Below, one piece after another: positions 21,190 to 64,000 of a stretch of 64,000 nt of DNA. The notes beneath the pieces were generated by a model. The model was not told the DNA's origin. It did no database searches and saw nothing but the letters and a program-made list of their open reading frames with translations. Position 1 is the stretch's first letter; each line of letters opens with the position of its first letter. Origin of the DNA: the human T2T-CHM13v2.0 reference genome, Homo sapiens. Both the position numbers and the translations under genes were made by a program. The stretch lies in NCBI RefSeq assembly GCF_009914755.1, contig NC_060943.1; one strand, given 5' to 3'.

Positions 21190-22019
21190 CTACAAAAATA
21201 AAAATAAAAAATAAATTGCACTAAAATACTTGATTATTGAAGTTTGAAATCCACTTCTACGGGCACGAAGCCACTTAGCTCCAAAGCCAAGGAGCGCTTT
21301 GGAGAAGAGGTCCCAACTGGTGCAGATCCAAGGTTTCCCATGGGTGGGGAGGCAGGATGGGGGGGGCGCCTGCAAAGAGGTGAGGGCTGTACGATCTCCA
21401 AGGAATTTGGGAGCAGGGGTCCCGCTTTTCTCCGCCGGGCGCCCCCAGCCAGCTGGTTGCCGAGCCCACGCCCCATCTGCACACCAGGACCCGGATGTGC
21501 AGCGCGCGGGGTGTCTGGGCCCGTGGAGCCTGCACCGCGCTGCGCTGCAAGGCGCCTCACTGTACGCACTGGCGGCCGTTGCGGCGGAGCAACCATCCCC
21601 TGCCCGACGCCGCCGGGAGTCTGGAGACGCACCTGGCGGCCGCCGCGCGCAGGAAGCCACGGCACCTAGCTGCATTGTTGTCGCTGCCACCGCCCCCTCT
21701 CGCCTTCCCTCCCTAGAGGAAACCGAGCACCCGTCCCCACCTGCGCAGGGCTAGTACCACTTTAAGGAGTCAGGCGCCGCCGGGGTAGGCGTGGTCGCCG
21801 CGAGCGGGGGGGGGGGCGCTGGTGTAGGACGGACCTGATTGGCCGGAGGCCCGGGCGGTGGCCGCGCGCGCCTGCGCAGGAGGCAGCAGCGCGCACCGGC
21901 GGCGGGAGGAGCGCGCGCGGGTGCTAATTGGCCCGGGCGGCGGCCCCGCCCGCGAGTGGTGAGCGGTCACGTGACGCGACGGCTGGGGGCTCCCGGCGCG
22001 GGGGACGCTGGTGACCAAG

Positions 22020-52987
<30,968 letters not shown>

Positions 52988-54498
52988 CCCCGGCCGCACA
53001 CTCGACTTTCCTGGTGCTCACCACGCAGAGGGGCACGGGCCAGCCTCGGGCGCAGAGGGAGGAGTGACCTTTCTTTTTCTTTTTATTGTCGTTCGTTTTG
53101 TTTTTCCACCCTTTTGCCTGGCTCCTGGCACCTGTACCTCTGGACTCTCCTATCGGGGGATTAAAAAAAAAAGTAAAATGACAAAAAAAGATACAAAAAA
53201 GAAAAATGAAACAAAAAAGTCAAACTCTTAAAAACAAGGCCGGCCACCCACACAGCCGCCTCCCCGGCTGGAGTCCGAGCCGGGAAGGGGTAGTGGGCGG
53301 GAGGGACCAGGACGCCGCCCCGCGCCCTCCCCTCCGGATGCCCCGCCGCCCGCCGCCCTCTGCCCACGACCATTCCAGCCAGTGCGCGGGGACCCGGGCG
53401 GCGGGCGGTGGGGCGCAGCCCCTCTCTGGCGACCACTTTGACGTTTGTCTCTTCCTTTGCTTTTTCTCTGCAAATGCATCCTCGCCCAGAGACCCTCACG
53501 CGCCGAGCAGCGAGCGTTTTAGCCGAGAAGCCATGGAGTGGGTTGGGGCGGGGAGGGGCAGTAGGGTGGGGGGATGGGTGGGCAGGATGGGGGTACAGTG
53601 GGCGGCTGGGGAGGGTTTAGCCACAGATGTGTTGTATTTTTTGAAAGTGCAATAATTTGGTATTTTGAAGACCCGGCGTGTGGTCAGGAACCCCCGGGGA
53701 AGGCGGGGGCCCAGGGTGCGGCACCGTGTGGCGTGGGGGGGTCTCAGTTTTCTAGCCAGCTACCTCGGTAATTCCAATTCAGGTTAACTTCCCTACGGAA
53801 CAGCACAGATGTCCACAGATGTCCACAGCTGCCGCCGCCGCCGCCGCCACCATACCCCGGTCCTTGGGGCATGGGTTGCGGTCGCTTCCCAAGGGGCAGC
53901 AGGGACCCCGGCCACCCCGGCTCTCGGTTTGGGTTGATTCCTCTCCTTTTTGCTCTTGGTTTTCCGACGGGTACGAGGCTGGCCCGGCACCCTGTCCCCC
54001 GGGAGCCTCACTCTTCCAGCAGGACCAGACCAGGGGCCTCCTTCCTGTCCCCAGGCGTTCCCGGCCCCTCGCAGGCCCCACCCATGCCCTTGGCCTCAGG
54101 GTCCAACAACTGGGGGAGCTACCAGGGCTCTGCCTTCAGGAGCCCACAGCTGGGCACCCCCCTTGCCCCCCAGGAGACCGGGGCGCAGGCGGGGCACCGG
54201 CCTCACCTGGTTCTCCAACACCGCTGCCTGCGGTCTGTTTTGCTTTTGTCCTCCCCAGCCCAGAATTTTCCTTTGTATAAACAGAACTCCTAGTCAGGAA
54301 GCAATATCATTTCAGGTCTAAAGAAAGGGACGTGCATCTGGCCGAGGGCAGTTCAGTCTCACTGCAGAGCCCGCAGCCCGCTGCGCAGCTCGGCCCCTCC
54401 CGCCCGCACGGGCAGCTGAAGGCCGCTGTTTTCTAATATTTGTATTCTAATTTAATTGTTTTTAAAAAATGCAAATAAAAAAGGTCGAGGTGAAGCCA
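52988..54498 (+). other. PIAS4: PIAS4 3' UTR (GC/CpG-rich; end approximate)
   Basis: Runs from the stop codon to about 20 nt past AATAAA at 54474, followed by a GU/U-rich downstream element. Confidence 0.8.
54474..54479 (+). terminator. PIAS4: PIAS4 polyadenylation signal AATAAA
   Basis: Upstream U-rich/TGTA element (54441) and downstream CTTTTCTGTG...TGTGTCT. Confidence 0.85.
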
Positions 54499-54909
54499 TC
54501 CAGGCGTCCGCTTTTCTGTGCCCTGTGTCTCTTAAGTGTGTACCCTGTAGTCGGGGGGCGGAGTTGGGGGAAGGACAGAAACTCAGCCTCACCCACATCT
54601 CTCTTTCTTGGTTATTGCCTCAGCTTCAGAATTCAAAAGGTGCTGCTCGTGGTCAAATGAGGCAGATTTTTATTTATTTACTTATTTTTAATAGAGACAG
54701 GGAGTCTTGCTGTGTTGCCCAAGCTGGTCTTGAACTCTGGGCCTCAAGTGATCCTCCTGCCTCAGCCTCCCAAAGTGCTAGGATTACAGGCATGAGCCAC
54801 CATGCCCGACCTGAATGAGGCCAGTTTTACTGTGTACTGTACTGCCTGGGCCTGGTGTCCACCACGCTGGGAGAATGGGAGAAGGGACTTGGGCTGTACA
54901 TGGAATTCA

Positions 54910-56147
<1,238 letters not shown>

Positions 56148-56202
56148 TGACCTCCTGATCTGCCCACCTCGGCCTCCCAAAGTGTTGGGATTACAGGCAT
56201 GA

Positions 56203-56349
<147 letters not shown>

Positions 56350-56516
56350 TGAGTAGCTGGGACTATAGGCGTGCACCACCACGCCCAGCTAATTTTTGTA
56401 TTTTTACTAGTCACCATGTTGGCCAGGATGGTCTCAATCTCTTGACCTCGTGATCCACCTGCCTTGGCCTCCCAAAATGCTGGGAGCATTACAGGCATGA
56501 GCTGCCGCACCTGGCT

Positions 56517-57180
<664 letters not shown>

Positions 57181-58429
57181 CTCTGAAGCAAAGAGGTTAG
57201 GAAGCACCTAACCCTGGCTTGTGGTCCTGAGGCTGCGGCTCCTTCAGCTTCCCCATGTGGGACCTCTGAGCAGAGGCCTCAGTGTGCCCTGAGGGTCCAC
57301 GGTGCAGGGGGCTCAGGACACGGCTGTAGAACCGCTGACCCCCAACCCTGCTCCAGCGCGTGTCGGGGACTTGGGCACGAATCCTGGCTGCAGCAGGTTC
57401 ATGGGTGGCCTCGCACAGGTATGGTGCTTTAGCATGGGGTCCACACAAGGACCCGGAGGCCCTCAGACTTCGTGGTGTGGCCTCTGTGGTGTTTCCTGGC
57501 AAGGGCTGGGCCAGGCTTTGTTGACTTCCTGTGGCTACTAGGAAGAGCCCAATCCACAGAGGAGGAGCTGGGGTTCTGAGTGGACCCAGTGCCCGGCTCA
57601 GTGCAGCCATTGCTGCCTCACTGTGCCATCTGCTTCCATGAGTGCCTCATCCATCCCTTGGGGCTGGCCCCATCCCCACCTTTGCTGGCCTGGACAGATT
57701 CCTTGGACATGGGCCGAGTCTGGTTGGAGGACAGGAGGAAGGAGGAGGCCCTCCCTCAGAGACCCTACCCAGAGGTAGGGGCTGCAGCTAGCTGAGGCTT
57801 CCGGCTCCAGATCCTGGCTCATGTCCCTGGGGCCTGGCATGGGGCAGCACCCTGGGGTCCTCTAGCAGAGTCAGGTGGCCCCCAGGTGAGGCTACCCCGC
57901 CTGGGGCCTCGGGAAAGCCTGGAGCCAGTGGTGCCCAGGGCCCAGCCCTGGATTCTGCTGACAACTCGCCCAGCCGGTTCTCCCTGCTGCCCCTCTGGCC
58001 TTATCCTGTGCCAGCTGCCTGCCCGCGCCAGGGGCTGTGGGTCACCTTCCCCGCAAGAGGGGCCTCTGGACCTGGGTACTCCTCGGACACTCACCCCCAC
58101 CCCGGTGCTCTGGGTCACCATCCACACCCAGCCTCTCCGCCACGCGACAGACGGACCCCAGAGAGATGGGCCTGGCTTCCAAGGCCGGGCAGGAAGAGCA
58201 GGAAGGGTCGGGGACCTGGGGCTTCTCTCCTTGGGACCCAGGATCCGGTCACCCTGGGCCCAAAGGTGTGGTGTGGACGAGGTGCTCAACCCACCCAGTC
58301 TCTTCAGGGCCAAAAGGGGAAAAGGGGGACCCCCCCCAAGCCCCCCATCCCCGCTCCCCAGCCTCCCCCGAACAAAACACAGAGAACATCAAATGAGGCG
58401 ACTGAGGCGGCAGCGGTCGTAACAGGCTG

Positions 58430-61400
58430 CGTTTAGTGGTTCTTTTTTTTTTTTTATGTACAAGAAAAATGAATTTTTTTGTTTTTTCATCTTTTGTGTT
58501 TTTGTTTGTTTTTTATTACTTTTAAAGCTTCTCCCTCCCCACTCCCAAAAAGTGCATTTTTATCAGTTTTTTTTTTTTTTTAAATCTCCCACACTTTATA
58601 AAGACTCTCAATACAGTCTCTGGAATGTCTATCTGTCTGTGCTCTGTACCCTGAGGGCGCCGCCCCGCCCCCCATTCACCAGGCCTGGCCCCTCCAAAGT
58701 CCAAGGCACCTCGATTCTGGGCCTGGGGTGGGGTGGGGGGCGGGACCTGGGCATCGGATCCTGGTCCACAGCCTCCAGGCAGCCCCGGCGAGGGATGGGG
58801 GTCTCCCTGGCCCCCTCCACCCCCTGGGCCCGGCCCCACCCCCCCCCCGTAAATCTATGTATTTAATGCGAGCTAGTCTTAACTCTGAGGTTGTAGCTCC
58901 TGGGGCACCCCCAGCCTCCAGGCCCCTGACCCGTCCTGCGCCAGCCACCCACCACCCCCCCCCCCCCACCTCCAGGAAGGCTGCTTCAACTTAAATAACT
59001 TTTTAAAATAAAACTGCAAATATAAATATCTTTCTTTCTCAAAAAATAGGATTTTTGCTTTTTTTGTTGGTTTTTAATATTTTTTTTTCTTCTGTTTTTC
59101 CTTTCATTCTCTCTGTCTTGCCTCCAACCATTCTGGTTGCCGGGCGGGAGGGGGCACCCCGAGGCCCCTGCCTCAGTGTCACCACCTGTGAGGTGACCGC
59201 TCCTGCCACGGCCCCGGGGTCTGAATCGTGCAAAGACCCCTGTCCCCCACCTTCCCTGCAGCCGCCCACTTCCAGGGGAAGACCCTGGAAGAGGCTGGGG
59301 GACCCCCCTCGGAAGGAAGCAAAAAGACAGTGACAGGACTGCATGGCCACAATGGTGGGGGGGCAGACTTTGGTATCGCCCGCTCGAGCCTGCCTGGCTG
59401 CAGGTCCACACCCATGCCAGGCCGGGCCTGCTCCGGCATTTTACATTCACTGGTTTATAATTTTTTTTTTTCATTTTTAAAAACTTTTTTGACTTTTTTT
59501 TTTTTTCCTTAATCTCAAAAGGCGGGGGGCGTCGGCGGGCAGAGGCAGGTAGCAGCAACAGCTAGTAGCAAAGATGCTTCTCTCTCTCTCCTGGGCCCGG
59601 CAGGCTGGGGGGCACTGCAGACGGGGGCTCCGGCCCGGCCACCTCCCCGGCCCCCGGGCGCCCCCGCCTGAAGCCCCCCAACCCCAGCCTGGACCTCACT
59701 CCCGCTCTCTTGCACACACGCACACACGCGTCCACGCAACTTCACCATGAGAATGGAAATAACAATTTCGCATTGTTTTTCTTTTTTTTTTTTTCTCTTT
59801 TTTTTTTTGTACCAGGCAGTTAAAAAAAAAACACCCCAAAAAAAGAAAACACAAAAAACCCCAAACAACCAAACAAAAAAGCTTTGAGCTGTGTCCTTTC
59901 ATATGGAGTCAACACGACCCTCCTCAAATATCATTTTTTTTTGTTTGTTTGTTTCCTGAAACGCGAGAATTCAGCAGGTATCTTTGGCAACACTTTATCA
60001 CGACCTTAATTTAAAGAATAAAAATAAAATCGATTCACGTCTATATACAGTATGTGATTGCGCGGAGTCTGGGGAGGGCGGGGCTGGGCTGGGGGGGTCC
60101 CGGCTCTGGGCCCATGCAGAGGCTGTGGCCCCCAGGACGGGCGGGTAGTTAAGGCAAAGTGGGCGGGCAGGACAGGCGAAGCTGAGTGCGGAGCTAGGAA
60201 CGAGGGTTTAGTGCAATCCCCGAGGTCTGTGTAAGTGTCGCGGTGGGCCGCAGCCCTTGTTCCTACGGAAGTCCCAGAGGGCTCCACCCCCCAAGTCCGG
60301 TCGCCCCCACTGGCTAGGACGACAGCTGTGATTTTAGAGTTGGTTTTATTGCGAGGGGGTGCATGGATAGGGGAAGGTGGAAAGAGGGCTCACCCCTCAG
60401 GGGGCCTCTCTGGGAGCTGGGGAGGGGTGTCCCTGGCCTGGGTGTTCAAGCTCCCCGCTCAGCCACGACAGATGGTTTTCTCTCCAGAACAGCTCGCCCT
60501 GTGACACTGGGGTGTGAACGCAGCCGGGGTGCTGTCACCCAGCCCCAGGGGAGAGGGGGGATCCTGAGACATTTGGAGGGGGCTGACAGGCTTAAGGGGG
60601 GGTGGGAAGGGAAGGGAACCAAAACCATCCCGTAGAAACAATATGAAAATTGCCTTCTTAAAAAGCTTCCCTTTAACAATGAAAGAAAAAGAGACGAGAA
60701 GATGTGTGTGTCACAGAGAAGGGGGTATGGGGGGGTCGGGGGCAGGGAGACACCCCCCCGCCGGTTGGGCATTGACAAGAAGTCTCAGTGCAGCAGAGCG
60801 TCTATTTTCGGGGTCCCATGCTAGCATTGCATATGCAAACGGGGTGAGGGCGTCCTGGCATCTGGCGACATAGTCTCCCCAACCCCGGCCCCTGTCCGTG
60901 GCCTGTGGCTCGGTCAACACCGGGCCTTGTGGGAGCCAGAGGTTGGGGGGAGGCAGGTCCCAGTCCCCCTGGATTACAGTCAGTGCCTTTGAGTAAAAAG
61001 AGGGGTGCCTGGGGTGGGGAGAGGGGCGGTGGTTCTAAGGCCCTGGAGGTGGGGGGCCCCTGTCACCCACCTCAGCAGGGTAGGCGCATCCAAGGTCCAG
61101 CTCCTTGGTGGCCATGCGGGAGGGACAGGCGTGTTGGGGGATTGGGGGGTGCCGGATGGGGATCGGGGTGCTCCGGCTGGAAGGCCCATCCCTGAGCTAG
61201 GGAGGAGGAAGGAGAGACCCCGTGGACAGAAGCGGGCGCTAAGACCTCTTCACGTCAGAACCAAAAAAGGGGACAGAAAGGGGGAGCGGGGGGAACACAG
61301 CACGAACACCCCACAGTCCTGCCTTCGAGGCTGACGTCTGGGGGTGAAGCACAAACACCTCGGGGCGTCTCCCAGGTCCCCTGCGATGGCTTCCTCCTGA

Positions 61401-62861
61401 ACCCCCCTTCTCGCTTTTTGGGGAACAGAAGTGGATTCTACGTTTGTGGTGGGTTTTTTTTTTTATTATTTTGTACAAAAATAAATCGACTTTTAGGAAT
61501 TTCTTCTGCTCTCGCTCTCTCTCTCGCTCTCTCTCTCGCTCGCTTTTTTTTTTTTTTTTGTCTTTTCAACTTTTCATAGAAGTTGGTTGTAACTTGTAAA
61601 CATGTTTTTAAATTAAGAATTAAGATAAAGTGTAGTACCCGTTCCGTTACAAAGTGCCAAGACTTCTAATGTGGTTGGTTGCCTTTTTTTTTTTCCTTCC
61701 TTTCATTTTGTAAAACCTTTTTTTTTTCTAGTTTGTTTTATTGCTTTTGTGACATTGGAATTTGTGGATTTTCTCTCTCTCCCCCCATCCCTGCCATCAC
61801 CAGACCCTGGGGTTCCTCTGATCGTGACTCTGTTTATCCCACACTGTTGCCTGCTCCTCTGAGGAAAAGTATATTATTTATATATATATATATATCTATA
61901 TATAAATTTTGTTTTTAAGGAGGAAAGAGAAAAAAAAATCTAAAAAGTGCTTTAAAAATTTGGGAGAGGGGGCTCGGGGGAGAGGACGAAGACAGAAGTT
62001 TTGAATCTCCAAACGTGGGGGTCTAGGTGGACCGGGCGGGGGTGGGGGGGCGCCCTGAGGGGTGGTCCCTGGGGGTCCCGCCGGTTGTAAGTGCCGTGAA
62101 GGAAGGCGGCAGGAGCACCCCCAGGAGCCATCCTGGCGCCCCACCGGGAACCCCAGTCCGATCTCCTTTCTCCAGGCCTAGAAATAAATAGGTTTGTGTC
62201 TCAGTGGCCAGGAGACGTGGGGTGGGCGACGGGGGGAGGCCGCAGGCAGGGTTGGAGGCGGGGAGGCCACTGGGGAGATGGAGAGGGAGACCCCTCCCTT
62301 AGTAAGTGCCCTGAGGAAGGAGGGTGCGGGTCGGGGGACGGGGGCCCATTTTAACGTCCGCTCAGAGCAGACAGAAATCATTTAAGGTCTTGTCTGAAAG
62401 ACTCATAGAAACCAGCGAGGGGAGGAAATTAAAAGCCCACCCCAGTCCCCCCCCAGCGCCCCCACGTCTACCCTCCCCCCAGCCCAGGGCCTCGGATCGG
62501 GCCCCAGGCCCCATGCCGGGTGCCCAGGGGGCTGTGCGGGGTCTCGGATTCCTTGTGTCCTACAAAAAACCCCAAACCAAGCCCCGAAACCCAGCGATGG
62601 GGTGGTGGGGGGAAGGGGAGCCAGGGAGGGCCGGGGCCCCTGCGGAGGGAGAAAAACGTCAGAAAGGAGGGAAATCTGAGAAAGCGCTACCCTAGATTCT
62701 GTGACGCGTCATATATATATATCTGTATATATATATATAGATATAGATATCTGTATATAGATAGATTTTCTTTTTTTGTGTTTTTGGGGGGGTGGTGGGT
62801 GATTTTTTTTCTCTCTCTCTGTCTCTCTCTTTCTCGGGTTTCTGTTTTCTCTTTTTGGTTT
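58430..62861 (-). other. ZBTB7A: ZBTB7A long 3' UTR with several candidate poly(A) sites (distal end approximate)
   Basis: About 4.4 kb free of interspersed repeats, alternating A/T-rich and G/C-rich blocks; minus-strand AATAAA at 61737, 61462, 60345, 58512 and CATAAA at about 58452. Confidence 0.75.
60345..60350 (-). terminator. ZBTB7A: Candidate ZBTB7A poly(A) signal
   Basis: TTTATT on the + strand = AATAAA on the mRNA strand. Confidence 0.6.
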
Positions 62862-63422
<561 letters not shown>

Positions 63423-64000
63423 TCACGGACACGGCAGGCCCTGGATCATCACCCTTGCAGAACACGGACCGTGCACCAGAGGTTTCGGTGCCCCGATGGG
63501 GACGGTCCCTCGAAAAACGAGACGAGTGGGGGCGATTTCGCATTCTGAACATCTAAAGAGGGCCTCGGACCCTGAGTGCTGTGTGGCCTTGGGAAAACGC
63601 TATGCCTCTCTGAACCCCGTTTCCTTTCCTTTTTTAACTTTTTAAGAGACAAAGTCTAGGCCAGGCGCGGAGGCTCAGGCCTGAAATCCCAGCACTTTGG
63701 GAGGCCGAGGCGGGCGGATCACTTGAGGCCAGGAGTTCGAGACCAGCCTGATCGACACGGTGAAACCCTGTCTCTACTAAAAAAACAAAAAACAAAAAAA
63801 CAAAAAACAAAAATCAGCCGGGCATGGTAGCAGGCGCCCGTAATGCCAGCTATTAGGAAGGCTGAGGCAGGAGGATCACTTGTATCTGGGAGGTGGAGGT
63901 TGCAGTGAAACTCCGTCTCAAAAAAAAAAATTTCACTTTTTAAGAGCGAAACTCCGTCTCAAAAAACAAATCTGCCAGGCGTGGTGGCGCAGGCCTATAA

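Overview
Human (primate) genomic DNA, GC-rich and very Alu-dense, recognisable as the 19p13.3 PIAS4-ZBTB7A locus. Bases 1-21.2 kb are intergenic and mostly Alu, with L1, L2, MER20 and MER58 relics, one AluYa5 and one truncated SVA. A CpG-island promoter at about 21.4-22.7 kb drives PIAS4 (SUMO E3 ligase PIASy, + strand). All 11 coding exons can be assembled with GT-AG boundaries into a 1533-nt, 510-aa CDS; the poly(A) signal is at 54474. The last coding exon and long 3' UTR of ZBTB7A lie convergently on the - strand (about 58.4-63.35 kb). Almost all other ORFs in the track are Alu-, VNTR- or GC-derived artefacts. The most unusual observations are: (1) a MER20-linker-MER20 composite unit present twice, inverted, 36 kb apart; (2) a G-rich 17-bp VNTR born inside a MER20; (3) partial complementarity between that intron-1 VNTR and the CA-rich intron-9 VNTR; (4) frame-preserving, stop-free PIAS4 introns; (5) a Kozak-strong, signal-peptide-like 137-aa ORF between the two genes. 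Repeat family names come from recognition of consensus sequence by eye, and their boundaries are approximate.
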